Source: a phage
Sequence record: PZ476263.1
Length of the DNA stretch: 64,000 bases
Direction: 5' to 3' (one strand)
In this document: one piece after another, positions 1 through 9,721 of the stretch
How the letters are laid out: every line of letters begins with the position of its first letter
Position numbering within the stretch: the stretch's first letter is position 1
Made by a program: the position numbers and the translations under genes
Notes under the pieces: generated by a model
Seen by the model: only the letters and a program-made list of their open reading frames with translations
Databases searched by the model: none
What the model was told of the DNA's origin: nothing

Positions 1-220
1 GTTTATCAATACAACGAACATTTACACGATTAATTCGGTCAATCTGACAAGGCTTATATTCTCCAGTTTCTTCATTAAGAATAGATACTTGGAATCCGAT
101 TAGGTGAAGAACTTTACGAAGCGTTTTATCATCCTTTGGATCAAACTTCATGATTTTTGCACATTCCAGAATGAAATCCAGAGTTACTGCACCGTATTTA
201 ACTTCTTTCTTAAAACCCAT
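1..220 (-). CDS. hypothetical protein (N-terminal part only; gene runs off the window start)
   Basis: ATG at 220 on minus strand preceded by GAGGAG RBS; frame stays open to position 1 (MGFKKEVKYGAVTLDFILECAKIMKFDPKDD...). Confidence 0.4.
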   Translation of the reverse strand, partial: MGFKKEVKYGAVTLDFILECAKIMKFDPKDDKTLRKVLHLIGFQVSILNEETGEYKPCQIDRINRVNVRCIDK

Positions 221-307
221 AATTTTCTCCTCGACAACTCTTTAAAAGAGGGAGCTAATTGCTCCCATTCCTCGTATAATATAAAATTAACTAACCAATG
301 TCAAACA

Positions 308-1345
308 TTATTTTGCAACATTTCCAGGAATTAGTTGTCGATGCTGGACAAAACCTTTCAAGTTACCACTCCAGAAATTACCATCACGATCTACATGGGT
401 AATTCCTTCTTCCCAACTGGCAGGATCCCAAGCCACATTCACCATTGGAACATTAGGGATAAAATCTTCCTCTGTTTCAGCGATCTCTTTAGCTTGGTGT
501 TCAAAAGGAGACGCGTGTACCTTTTTACCACCCACAAGTCGAGAATAAATATCTAAAGCTTTATCTTTTGTACTGTCAAGTCGGCGATAACTTACCTGAC
601 CGCAGCAAGAAGAGGAAATTCGTAAAGCCTCTTCTTCACTAAGCATAACGGGCTTGCCATCCTCATCCTCTACATAATAACCAGAGAATACGAAACAGTC
701 ATCACCACACAATCCAATATTTTCGTAAGCATGTTCAACATATGGAGTATGCCAAACACCCTTTTCCAATTTTTCTGGATGAGAAGCATCATACGCTTCT
801 TTCATTTTCTTTGCAAGAACTTCGATTGTTGGATCTGCATCTGCATCTACACGCAACCAGAAGAAATTTTCAAACTCTGTTGCTGTAACTACCGTCTTCA
901 TCATTTGAAAAGGTTCGATCAGTCGGTTAGCAATTTGCTTATGATATCCTGCCGTTTCAAATCGTTCAGCCCATTCCGATGCAGACTCTGCCGCTTTAAC
1001 CCAAGCTTCTCGGCCTGTACAGAAAAGATTGTGAGCCAGACCATCTTCACCATCAACCCAATCATACCAAACTTTACCGTCGTGTTCCACACCATGATCT
1101 TGCATACCTGGTTTGTTAGCCCCAAATCGAACAGGCATTGCTGTGTTATTACGAACAAGCTCAATCATCTTCTTGATCGGAACTGCACGAGAAGACATTG
1201 CGTTTCGACTAAACAGTCGATGGGTCATCAACTCAGAATGAATAAAACGAGGATACGTCAATTCAAAAGTTGTGATTCGAGAATTTGTTACCGTACCAAT
1301 AGAGTCTGCAATAATTTTAACTTCAATTTGATTCAGCTTGTCCAC
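308..1345 (-). CDS. thyX: ThyX-like flavin-dependent thymidylate synthase (divergent motif THR-x7-S instead of RHR-x7-S)
   Basis: 345 aa ORF; segment FIHSELMTHRLFSRNAMSSRA matches ThyX signature region; GTG start with AGGAG RBS. Confidence 0.5.
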   Translation of the reverse strand: MDKLNQIEVKIIADSIGTVTNSRITTFELTYPRFIHSELMTHRLFSRNAMSSRAVPIKKMIELVRNNTAMPVRFGANKPGMQDHGVEHDGKVWYDWVDGEDGLAHNLFCTGREAWVKAAESASEWAERFETAGYHKQIANRLIEPFQMMKTVVTATEFENFFWLRVDADADPTIEVLAKKMKEAYDASHPEKLEKGVWHTPYVEHAYENIGLCGDDCFVFSGYYVEDEDGKPVMLSEEEALRISSSCCGQVSYRRLDSTKDKALDIYSRLVGGKKVHASPFEHQAKEIAETEEDFIPNVPMVNVAWDPASWEEGITHVDRDGNFWSGNLKGFVQHRQLIPGNVAK

Positions 1346-1348
1346 TTA

Positions 1349-1576
1349 TTACTCCTTATTCTTTTCTTTAAGTACATTCAAATTATATGGTAGATAGCCT
1401 TCTAATTCTAACCAATCACCTTTTTCATTAATATATTCTAAAGATTCAATCTTGTCACCCTTTTTCTTTAGAACATTTAAAACTTGATCAACATCAAGAG
1501 AGTTATCGGAAAGCTGAAGTTTATCATCAACATACATACCTTCCCAATCATACCCTCGGAATATTACAATTTTCAT
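1349..1576 (-). CDS. hypothetical protein
   Basis: 75 aa ORF tightly packed in minus-strand operon. Confidence 0.4.
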   Translation of the reverse strand: MKIVIFRGYDWEGMYVDDKLQLSDNSLDVDQVLNVLKKKGDKIESLEYINEKGDWLELEGYLPYNLNVLKEKNKE

Positions 1577-1758
1577 TTTAATCTCCGTATCTTATAATCA
1601 ACTGTCACATTATGCATGACTTTAAGGTACATGTCAAACACTTCTTTGCACATATCACTTCTTACCCTGAAGGAAGCAAGAATGCTTCCATTTTCAGATG
1701 ATAAGATCTCTACATACTCTCCGTACTTAACAATCCATCTTCCCTTTCCACACTTCAT
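1573..1758 (-). CDS. hypothetical protein
   Basis: 61 aa ORF, 4-nt overlap with neighbours (translational coupling). Confidence 0.35.
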   Translation of the reverse strand: MKCGKGRWIVKYGEYVEILSSENGSILASFRVRSDMCKEVFDMYLKVMHNVTVDYKIRRLK

Positions 1759-2372
1759 TGCCCCTTCCCTAAAATAAAGTCACGAATACGAAGCCAACAC
1801 ATGGTTTCCAAGTCATATTGGCAACGAGGCTCTTCTTTCTGTGTAAAAGGAGTATCGTATTTAATCTTAACAACATGATCACCAAATTGATTCAAGAATT
1901 CATTACGGTCATCGATAATGTAAGAACCTGCAACACCCGCCTTATATTTAGTAGCATAAAAACCACAACCGTCTGTTCCGCCATCAAGGTCCAACAACGG
2001 GAAATGACGTTTTAAGAAACGTACCTTACTGGAGAAGTGACCCTTCTTGCAATAAGAGACGAATCGAATCGGATGACCAGCATTATACAGATCCGTAATC
2101 GCTTGTACAGCATTTTCTATAGGCAGCATCTTATCATATAAGAAAGGATCTTCCCAATAATCATACGGCTGAATCATCTTCTTACATCGGTCAGGGAAAT
2201 AAACAGAAAGGTTATAATCAAAGTACCCCTTCTCTTCAAGATCCTTGTTCATCATCTCAGCATTTGGTTCGGTTCCATAAACCTCCGTCATCCACTTCAT
2301 CCAAGGCCAGCCAGACTCTACGATAGTAAGATCAACATCAATGATGATCGCTGGTTTATTCATAATCGGCAT
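1755..2372 (-). CDS. HAD-family 5'(3')-deoxyribonucleotidase-like phosphatase
   Basis: N-terminal IIIDVDLT (DxDxT HAD motif I); 205 aa; nucleotide-metabolism context. Confidence 0.5.
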   Translation of the reverse strand: MPIMNKPAIIIDVDLTIVESGWPWMKWMTEVYGTEPNAEMMNKDLEEKGYFDYNLSVYFPDRCKKMIQPYDYWEDPFLYDKMLPIENAVQAITDLYNAGHPIRFVSYCKKGHFSSKVRFLKRHFPLLDLDGGTDGCGFYATKYKAGVAGSYIIDDRNEFLNQFGDHVVKIKYDTPFTQKEEPRCQYDLETMCWLRIRDFILGKGQ

Positions 2373-2373
2373 A

Positions 2374-3003
2374 TTATTCCCCTTTGCTGGTCAGTTTAAT
2401 AATTTTACGTGCAGTTCCGCTAAGATCACCATTCACATTTTCAACTTCGAAGTAATTAAACTTCAGAGATGGGTCAAAATCTTCAGGAGAAAGATATCGA
2501 CGGGAATCCCCATCAAAATTCAGATACTCACCAGTCTCTTGATTTTTACGCGTTAGTTTGATCAAGTTAAAATTCCCTTTTGCAGCATTAATAACAGGAA
2601 CCGCTTCATCGGGGAAACCACCATCCGAAATAACAAAAGTAACATTGTAATCCGGCAAAGATTGTTCGATATCTACTAATTTTTTAGATAATGCGTCACC
2701 AAAAACAGATTCACCGAAGACTGGTTTTACTACATCTTCCGAAATGTGGATCAACCAGTTTCGTGCGGAAACTTGTTTACCTGCAACAATAAAATACGGC
2801 TGTGGAACTTCTTTATAATCACGATGATAAAGAGCATTCCAAAGTTCACGATTAATACCTGCTGTACGAATTGCGATATCGAACAACATCTCTTTAAATT
2901 CTACATGAATTCCAATTTCCTTCCCATGGAGATTCAAACAGATTTCTTCTGCTAATGCATCTTTACCAGACATTGCAGGACCGTTCAGATTGATAACTTT
3001 CAT
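2374..3003 (-). CDS. deoxynucleoside monophosphate kinase-like P-loop kinase
   Basis: N-terminal NLNGPAMSGKD Walker A-like loop as in T4-type dNMP kinases; 209 aa. Confidence 0.55.
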   Translation of the reverse strand: MKVINLNGPAMSGKDALAEEICLNLHGKEIGIHVEFKEMLFDIAIRTAGINRELWNALYHRDYKEVPQPYFIVAGKQVSARNWLIHISEDVVKPVFGESVFGDALSKKLVDIEQSLPDYNVTFVISDGGFPDEAVPVINAAKGNFNLIKLTRKNQETGEYLNFDGDSRRYLSPEDFDPSLKFNYFEVENVNGDLSGTARKIIKLTSKGE

Positions 3004-3091
3004 TTCTTCTCTCCTCTCTGTTGTTTAGATAAGACGTATACTACTCACTTTTAATCTTTAAGTCAATATACTTTATTAAATATTTTCACTT

Positions 3092-3118
3092 AAAGAAAAA
3101 CCGCCCCGAAGGGCGGTT
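3092..3118 (-). terminator. intrinsic terminator (UUCG tetraloop hairpin + U-run on minus strand)
   Basis: plus-strand aaagaaaaaCCGCCCcgaaGGGCGG; reverse complement gives CCGCCC-UUCG-GGGCGG followed by UUUUUCUUU; just downstream of the gene ending at 3128. Confidence 0.6.
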
Positions 3119-3127
3119 AAATCATTT

Positions 3128-4174
3128 TTAGCTTACGATATTTGCAAGCAGTTGTGCACGTTTTTCTTTCGGCAACAAGTTGACACGTCCACGGCGCTGC
3201 TGGCCTGTTTTCTTGTTACGATAACGAACGTATTTACCGAGGTTTGTATAATGGAAGCCATCTTCAACCCATTCAGACATGTCCACCAGATCGTCAGTGT
3301 ACAGATCGAAGTTCGGAAGTCGATTGTCCCAAGCCATAAGGATTTCATAAAGCTCCTGGTTAGAAAGAACATCGTACATGTTGTAGTCTTTCATTTCATC
3401 CCAAGCTTCCATATTACCTTTTAAGCATTCTGCCCAAAGCTTATGACCTGCAAACTTACCATGCTTTGATTTCTTATATTTACTACACAGCTTATCTGTC
3501 AGATATTCCAGTTTGTTGGAAGTAAATGCAAATGTTGCTTTTGCAATTTGTAGAGTGTCGATCATTCGATAATTCGAAGGCTTATCATAACCATTCAAAA
3601 TAAATCGTGCATTGATCTTCTTCATATCAAATTTCTTAATGTTGTGACCAACAACCACATCAGCATCGTCTAGCAGCGACCAAAGATCAGGCATTAATGT
3701 TGCATCGCTCTCTGATTCATAATTTTCACGAATATCACGATAGATGATCTCTTCTGAATCTGCCCATTTCGCAACGAAGGACATGATATACCAATCCGAC
3801 TGCAACTGATTAAGGCCAATGTTGTTATTCCAAAGGCTCCAGCAATGACCCAGTAGAGGCGCTGTCTCGATATCAATAAACAAGATTCGGGCACGATTAT
3901 AAGAGAATTTACGATTATGGTCTTGCAGTTTAAAGTCCACAGTGTTCTTAGCTGTGGCTGCAAACGCTTCTTGATCCGCCATGAATCGATCATATTCAGA
4001 AAGAAGATCTTGAACTGAACTTACACCCTGTTTTTCAACTTCTCGACGCAACATATTTCGAACTGTAGATTCTTGAGATTCTTTACCCAACTGTCGGGCA
4101 ACTTCACGTTGAGACATACCGTGCTTCATCAGATCCAGAACTTGCTCAACAGTAAAAGTTACTTTATTAGACAT
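3128..4174 (-). CDS. DEDDy-type 3'-5' exonuclease with N-terminal helix-turn-helix domain
   Basis: Exo motifs FIDIETAP, VVGHNIKKFDMKKI, YNMYDV; N-terminal MSQREVARQLG HTH-like segment. Confidence 0.55.
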   Translation of the reverse strand: MSNKVTFTVEQVLDLMKHGMSQREVARQLGKESQESTVRNMLRREVEKQGVSSVQDLLSEYDRFMADQEAFAATAKNTVDFKLQDHNRKFSYNRARILFIDIETAPLLGHCWSLWNNNIGLNQLQSDWYIMSFVAKWADSEEIIYRDIRENYESESDATLMPDLWSLLDDADVVVGHNIKKFDMKKINARFILNGYDKPSNYRMIDTLQIAKATFAFTSNKLEYLTDKLCSKYKKSKHGKFAGHKLWAECLKGNMEAWDEMKDYNMYDVLSNQELYEILMAWDNRLPNFDLYTDDLVDMSEWVEDGFHYTNLGKYVRYRNKKTGQQRRGRVNLLPKEKRAQLLANIVS

Positions 4175-4184
4175 TTATTACTCC

Positions 4185-4409
4185 TTATTTTGAAAATTCG
4201 ATAATATCTACAACAGCGAAGTCGCGGATTTCTTGTTTGTCTGCATCATATGCACGTAGGAACCACTGAGGACCTTTATGGTAAGGACTTTCCCCGTACC
4301 ACATGGTTGGCGCACCTAAAACTGTGCGATAACCACACTCTCCTTTCCAATTCTTATAAAAGAATCGAATAGCCGGACAATCAATTCCCGACAAAAGTTT
4401 TTCGCTCAT
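4185..4409 (-). CDS. hypothetical protein
   Basis: 74 aa ORF. Confidence 0.35.
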   Translation of the reverse strand: MSEKLLSGIDCPAIRFFYKNWKGECGYRTVLGAPTMWYGESPYHKGPQWFLRAYDADKQEIRDFAVVDIIEFSK

Positions 4410-4971
4410 ACAAATAACTCTCCTCCAGCTCTTTTATGAATGCCTTCACATAAATCTCAATCATTGTGCTCTTATCGAGATTTTCATCAATAACTACGCC
4501 GTATCTTTCTAAACCGTTTCGAGCTATTGTTTCCTTTTTTATCCGCTTAAGATATTTTTTCAAATCTGCGACAATCTCTCCGTGAAATTTATTCAATGAA
4601 TAATCTCTTTCAAGATAATCAGCCATTCTACGCAAGACTTCACTCATTGTCAAGGATGTTTTATCTTCCATGTGCTTAGACCAAAGCTTTTGCACACCAC
4701 CTTCAAAAAGGTTTATTGTGCTCCCGATAACACCCCTGACTTTACCATCAAAGTGGTCATGGTCAAGACAAGGTTTTTCCATAACCTCCCCCAGTATAGC
4801 ACAAACTCCCTGTTGGTCAAGTAAAATTTCATCACGATATTTGGAAATTTCTTTAGAACCACTTACCCAAATTTCCTTATTCAGTTTTACACGTATCGGT
4901 TTAGTTGCCTTATCCTTTGCTACGAATAATGGCTTCTTGGACCGCCTCTTCCTCGATCTGCGTGCTTGCAT
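4381..4971 (-). CDS. endonuclease VII-like Holliday junction resolvase
   Basis: CAILGEVMEKPCLDHDHFDGKVRGVIG matches T4 endo VII zinc/HxDH core (C..C...LDHDH...KVRG). Confidence 0.65.
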   Translation of the reverse strand: MQARRSRKRRSKKPLFVAKDKATKPIRVKLNKEIWVSGSKEISKYRDEILLDQQGVCAILGEVMEKPCLDHDHFDGKVRGVIGSTINLFEGGVQKLWSKHMEDKTSLTMSEVLRRMADYLERDYSLNKFHGEIVADLKKYLKRIKKETIARNGLERYGVVIDENLDKSTMIEIYVKAFIKELEESYLYERKTFVGN

Positions 4972-5572
4972 TAATTCCCTCCAAAGCCAGAGCCATTAAA
5001 AACTCCCCGTGTGTAGGAGCTTCAGGATCATCAAAGTATTGATCCATACCTTTTCGATAAAGACTTACAGGGAAATTTATATTTTCAAACAAACTATGGC
5101 CTGTGTGATCCTTATACTTGCTTGAAACACCCTCTTCAATATCTTCCAAAATGCCTCTTCCAAATTTTGAAGAGTTCAGGGCTATACGGATAAGGAAAGA
5201 ATCCTTACCTTCCTTTTTAACATTGTTCTTTATAATGCCTTCCAATGCGTGCTTATCATTTATTGCTTTTAATCCAAGCCGAGTTACGATCATTTCATCA
5301 AAATATTTTCCTTTGAGATGATTCCAGAATGACCATTGAGAGGTACAGATACTTGAGATAGTAATCTCCTTCCCACCTTGATAATCAAAAACTTTTAAAT
5401 CATACCCACCATAAGCCCTTTCGGCTTCATAACCAATATCTTCAAGAGACTTCTTTAAACGTGGGATGATATGCCCACGCTCAATAGTATTCCAGCAAAT
5501 TATTACTTTATTTACCTTTTTAAGTTTAATATCCGTTTCGCTCAAGATAACACCTCCCGATAAGAAAAGCAT
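4910..5572 (-). CDS. hypothetical protein
   Basis: 220 aa ORF; start may be downstream of the annotated one because of overlap with the next gene. Confidence 0.35.
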   Translation of the reverse strand: MLFLSGGVILSETDIKLKKVNKVIICWNTIERGHIIPRLKKSLEDIGYEAERAYGGYDLKVFDYQGGKEITISSICTSQWSFWNHLKGKYFDEMIVTRLGLKAINDKHALEGIIKNNVKKEGKDSFLIRIALNSSKFGRGILEDIEEGVSSKYKDHTGHSLFENINFPVSLYRKGMDQYFDDPEAPTHGEFLMALALEGINASTQIEEEAVQEAIIRSKG

Positions 5573-6149
5573 CTGCTAAATCTGTCGCACCACCATTCTT
5601 TCCACTTTTGGTATACCCTTTTAGGAAATCTGGTTGAAGACTTTCACAGACCTTCATCATTTCATCTTTGCCCATTTTGATCTTGACCATCTTCGTCCCT
5701 TTATCATTCATGACCTCCTGCTCTTCACCTGGCAACTTATCACGCGCCCAAGATTTAACCGAAGTTGGTGCAACAGTATGTATGTTTTGCATAGTATACC
5801 CAGAACGGAGCAGTGTCAACTGAATACAGAAAAATAATCCTGCGAGATCTCTCGTTGCATTGCCTGCGGATCCGAAACTAAGAGATTCAAGTACAATATG
5901 CTCAACTTCAAATGATACACAAAGTTCAAGGATACGTCCAGAGATATATTCCATCTGCTCAGCTGGATTTTCAAAATACATTTGCCAATCTTTCGCATTG
6001 GACGACCCTGTAGTCTTCATAACTTCCTTAAAGATCGGTTCACCATTATCAAAAATTACACAAGCGCAGGATGCCATACTCTGATCAATCGATAATAGTT
6101 TCATCTTCTTCTCCTTTTGTCTCTTCGTCAAGGTAATGGTATTGATCAA
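5526..6149 (-). CDS. RuvC-like (RNase H fold) nuclease, putative
   Basis: LLSIDQSMAS (N-terminal catalytic Asp), HIVLESLSFG, GGATDLADAFLIG resembling RuvC carboxylate motifs. Confidence 0.4.
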   Translation of the reverse strand: MINTITLTKRQKEKKMKLLSIDQSMASCACVIFDNGEPIFKEVMKTTGSSNAKDWQMYFENPAEQMEYISGRILELCVSFEVEHIVLESLSFGSAGNATRDLAGLFFCIQLTLLRSGYTMQNIHTVAPTSVKSWARDKLPGEEQEVMNDKGTKMVKIKMGKDEMMKVCESLQPDFLKGYTKSGKNGGATDLADAFLIGRCYLERNGY

Positions 6150-6411
6150 TCAGAAAAACATAGTTTTTAATTTCACCATCCATATAGACCATGAAGGTAA
6201 CGTATTTCTCGTCGTAGAATGGATCTCCTACAACATAGACCTGACATACCTTATCGATACGATTATCGTACCATTGCACTCGCCAAGGCTCTTCGATCAT
6301 AGTCCAAGGACCTTCTACCTTGTAAATCTGGCGACCAGCGCCAGTTACGATAGAGGAGCGGATCTTATCCGCTTCCATTACATCATCAAAGCTTTTAGAA
6401 AAATCTGACAT
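6085..6411 (-). CDS. hypothetical protein
   Basis: 108 aa ORF. Confidence 0.35.
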   Translation of the reverse strand: MSDFSKSFDDVMEADKIRSSIVTGAGRQIYKVEGPWTMIEEPWRVQWYDNRIDKVCQVYVVGDPFYDEKYVTFMVYMDGEIKNYVFLIDQYHYLDEETKGEEDETIID

Positions 6412-7520
6412 TAAATCCCCACACGTTTCAGAGTAGATGCTAAAGTTGTCTTATCATTTTCTGTACGCTTCATATACACGCATTGGAAAATAATAGATGC
6501 CCATTGTCCCGCTGAATATTTACGTGGAATACCCATATGATCAACGTATTCAACACCGTCAGGGAACCAAGTTTTATACTGATCAATGATCGCCATCCAC
6601 ATCGATTTTTCATCAACACAAGGAGAAATAACCTGGAAAGCAGAAGTCTCACCAAATCGAATACCCTCAAATGTCTGATAAGGCTTAACGTTATCCGCAG
6701 AATCCCCAAACAACATTTGGTAACCGAAGAATTTTTTACCCCAACCTTTCACTTTTCCTGATTCCATCCAAATATCCCCCATAGAATCATCAATAAGCCA
6801 AAGCTCAGGATGCTTCCAACTACGTTCAGTAGGATCACGCATTGTATTAAAAAGCAGTGACGGAACCTGTACCTGATCCTTATCAAAGGATGCCACAATA
6901 TGACTGAACTTACCAGTCTTTTTGTAATTTAAATATCCCTTGTATCCAAGCATAGAAAGGTAATCATCTGCCTCGATACCATCGATAACGATAGCCCCAT
7001 ACTTTTTCTGCACATATCGTCGAGTTTCTCCAAGCAGCAAAGGACGAAGAGAATCTTCACGGTTACCTTTATAGATCTCCGGTGTAGGCAATGCCAATCG
7101 GAAGTTACCGCTCCCGCCGAGAACACCAAGGCCGTTTGACGATCCAACGTGCTCAAGTAATGCGTTGATCTTTACTTTCAAGAGATGCAGACAGTTCTCT
7201 ACTGGCTCTGGAGTTTGCTTCTCTATAATTTCAAAGTCATCACGGGTCCAAGGTTTAAATTCCTTACCTTTTGCCACGGCTTTCGCTTCCATGTTGATAT
7301 TCTGATCTTTAAGCCAACCACCAACGACATTTTTCTGTCGGCCCCAAAACTCTGTTTTGTTCTTAAATTCCTTTTCTCGTCCCGTACCTTTATGCCGTGC
7401 AATGATCGTTCGTTTTTCTGCACCTGCGGCAGCTACGAAACACGTTTGATCGAGGTCTAAAGCAACAACAACGTTGTCTTCAACAATGCCTGACCAATCT
7501 TCAACTAATGGATAACCCAT
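6411..7520 (-). CDS. 5'-3' exonuclease / flap endonuclease-like protein
   Basis: VIDGIEADDYL and FGDSADNVKP resemble FEN/5'-exonuclease metal-binding motifs. Confidence 0.45.
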   Translation of the reverse strand: MGYPLVEDWSGIVEDNVVVALDLDQTCFVAAAGAEKRTIIARHKGTGREKEFKNKTEFWGRQKNVVGGWLKDQNINMEAKAVAKGKEFKPWTRDDFEIIEKQTPEPVENCLHLLKVKINALLEHVGSSNGLGVLGGSGNFRLALPTPEIYKGNREDSLRPLLLGETRRYVQKKYGAIVIDGIEADDYLSMLGYKGYLNYKKTGKFSHIVASFDKDQVQVPSLLFNTMRDPTERSWKHPELWLIDDSMGDIWMESGKVKGWGKKFFGYQMLFGDSADNVKPYQTFEGIRFGETSAFQVISPCVDEKSMWMAIIDQYKTWFPDGVEYVDHMGIPRKYSAGQWASIIFQCVYMKRTENDKTTLASTLKRVGI

Positions 7521-7699
7521 TTAATCCTCCTTAAGAAATTTTTGCAATACCTTGATAATTTTTTCGCAGCAATCTTTTTCACTAACAATGATCACGTCTG
7601 TTGAATCACCATCATTTTGTAGGATGCTGACATACTTATGACCATTCGGACTTTTTCTTATTTCAATTCGAGTATCACCATAATCTTCATATTCAAACA

Positions 7700-8209
7700 T
7701 TAAAACGCCTCCCCATAATCTTCATCATCTTGTTTAGCCTCTGGACGCTTAAATTTAAAATCCGTCCCCATGTATTCGGCAAGATAATCAATATTTAAAG
7801 ACCACTCTTTTTGACTACGCTCTCGCCATACATCAAATTCAGACTTCAAATATTCAATTGCTTCTTCACGAGTGATCCCATTAACTTTCATAAACTGACG
7901 GATCGCTCGTTCAAGTTTACCGTTCTTTTCAGCAAGACCTGGATGATGGAATTCATGACAAGGTGGACAAAGACACATCAAACCAACAAGCTTAACTTCA
8001 TCATTCTCGAATATCCAATCCTCATGACATTCTACCGGATGTTTACGTCCATTGCCACCCTGACCACCACAAATTTGACAGTGATGGTTGTGCTCTGCAT
8101 AACATTTTCGACGAACCTTGTCCCAACCTGCTTGCGTAAGATAAGAACGAAGGTTAGTATTCCAAGCTGTCTTTGGAATTACACAAATCTTGTGCTTAAT
8201 ATTTTTCAT
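7700..8209 (-). CDS. zinc-binding (HNH-like) protein, putative
   Basis: Cys/His cluster HNHHCQICGG...CHEDW...CLCPPCHEFHH. Confidence 0.3.
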   Translation of the reverse strand: MKNIKHKICVIPKTAWNTNLRSYLTQAGWDKVRRKCYAEHNHHCQICGGQGGNGRKHPVECHEDWIFENDEVKLVGLMCLCPPCHEFHHPGLAEKNGKLERAIRQFMKVNGITREEAIEYLKSEFDVWRERSQKEWSLNIDYLAEYMGTDFKFKRPEAKQDDEDYGEAF

Positions 8210-8421
8210 CAGACTTTACCCTCTTGTTTCTTGAATACGATAATGAATAACCCAAAAAGATAGAACAAAGAAACCACTAAAGACGTTACCATCGTGAATC
8301 CAATAGCATCCCGAGCATCATACCCGATACTTAATAAACTGTCAACCAAAACTGAAGGGAAGTAGTAAAGTGATGTTGTTACTATGAAAATGTAAGCTGT
8401 CATGATTGATAAGAATTTCAT
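8209..8421 (-). CDS. small membrane protein
   Basis: 70 aa, two hydrophobic helices. Confidence 0.4.
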   Translation of the reverse strand: MKFLSIMTAYIFIVTTSLYYFPSVLVDSLLSIGYDARDAIGFTMVTSLVVSLFYLFGLFIIVFKKQEGKV

Positions 8422-8430
8422 TTTATGTCC

Positions 8431-8772
8431 TCACTTGTTAACTATTGCAAGCATGTTACGCGGCATCTTGATAATGCATGAATCTTCCATATTGAACTGA
8501 TCAAGATAGTCAGATAAAACACAGTAGTGATGCCAATCATAATCACCAAAGAAGATTTCAATCTTTGTGATACGATCAATAACAGGATTATCGCCAACAA
8601 CCTTTTCTAAAAGCAACCCTTCAAAAATATATTCCTTATCTTTGTAAAATGTACAAAGCTTTGATGGGATGTTCATTGCCCAGCGATCACGATTTTCTGA
8701 GTTTTCAAATCTGAACAATCCAACATCTTCAACCATATCAACTGCACGAATTTCAAGAATGATTTCTTTCAT
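8431..8772 (-). CDS. hypothetical protein
   Basis: 113 aa ORF. Confidence 0.35.
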   Translation of the reverse strand: MKEIILEIRAVDMVEDVGLFRFENSENRDRWAMNIPSKLCTFYKDKEYIFEGLLLEKVVGDNPVIDRITKIEIFFGDYDWHHYCVLSDYLDQFNMEDSCIIKMPRNMLAIVNK

Positions 8773-9245
8773 TAGTAAAGGTCCTCAGAGTAAAGTTCTT
8801 TCCTGTCCTTAACGACTTCAGGATCGACTTGATTAGCATATGTTGCAATAATCATTGCTTCTTCACGAGTCCAATAATTTGAGTATTGGTCGATAAATCC
8901 TTGGTCGTCACCACAAACATGGCGCGACACAAGTTTACCACTAACTTGATCAATAACTTCAGCCATATCTTTAGAATAATGACGAGCACCAGGAATAACT
9001 AGTGCACCACCATCTTTTAATTTAAAACGATTAGCTGCACAAACAATTATTCGTTGAAACTTCCGATCTTCGTACCAATGAGCGATCTGCCAACAGATTT
9101 CAGGAACATTGTTCAACACATCCTCTTCAGTATATTTAGTAAAATCACCATAAGAATTCAATTTTGCAGCCAAACTTTCTGGAGTCTCGCGTTGCAATGC
9201 TTTATCCAGCAAGGCCAAACGTTCTTCAAATGTTAACTTGGTCAT
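8772..9245 (-). CDS. hypothetical protein
   Basis: 157 aa ORF. Confidence 0.35.
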   Translation of the reverse strand: MTKLTFEERLALLDKALQRETPESLAAKLNSYGDFTKYTEEDVLNNVPEICWQIAHWYEDRKFQRIIVCAANRFKLKDGGALVIPGARHYSKDMAEVIDQVSGKLVSRHVCGDDQGFIDQYSNYWTREEAMIIATYANQVDPEVVKDRKELYSEDLY

Positions 9246-9443
9246 TTAGTTTCTCCAATAGATATTTTTGAATTTTTGCATTTTCCAAAGAACTTCAAAA
9301 TACGGCATTGCATAATAAGATATACCATCTTTTGTATACTCTCCGCAGGTACTAAAGCCTTCGGGATATTTTTTAAAGATGTTACCCTTTCTGATCTCTT
9401 CTTCAAGCCACTCAGGATCCGCCCTCAAAAGTTTAAAGTACAT
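9246..9443 (-). CDS. hypothetical protein
   Basis: 65 aa ORF. Confidence 0.3.
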   Translation of the reverse strand: MYFKLLRADPEWLEEEIRKGNIFKKYPEGFSTCGEYTKDGISYYAMPYFEVLWKMQKFKNIYWRN

Positions 9444-9454
9444 AGTTCGTCTCC

Positions 9455-9658
9455 TTATCGTTTAATATACTTGGAAGGACATGATCCTGCAAGTGATTTT
9501 CTGACTTCTGCGGAATTTCTTCCATCCGAATAAACACATACCTTTTTATTACCGTCACGATACTCATCTTCTAGGCTCAAGGTTTGAGATCCCTTGCAAT
9601 TGCCAACAAAAAACAATGTCATTGTTGAAACCACTAAAGCAGCTGCTATGTTTTTCAT
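9455..9658 (-). CDS. small lipoprotein (signal peptide + lipobox)
   Basis: MKNIAAALVVSTMTLFFVGNCKGS: hydrophobic signal followed by lipobox Cys; 67 aa. Confidence 0.5.
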   Translation of the reverse strand: MKNIAAALVVSTMTLFFVGNCKGSQTLSLEDEYRDGNKKVCVYSDGRNSAEVRKSLAGSCPSKYIKR

Positions 9659-9721
9659 TTACCCTCTCCTCTTTGATTTGATGGATACATCATATTATAA
9701 AACAAACCTCGTGTCAACACA

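Noticed and set aside
104-334. 76-aa plus-strand ORF at the left end
   Set aside because: It overlaps the start codon and RBS of a minus-strand gene (ATG at 220) and the 3' end of the ThyX-like gene; no RBS; most likely a chance ORF in AT-rich DNA.
7700-8209. Calling this a bona fide HNH homing endonuclease
   Set aside because: The Cys/His pattern is present but the canonical HNH spacing could not be aligned with confidence by eye; kept as zinc-binding protein only.
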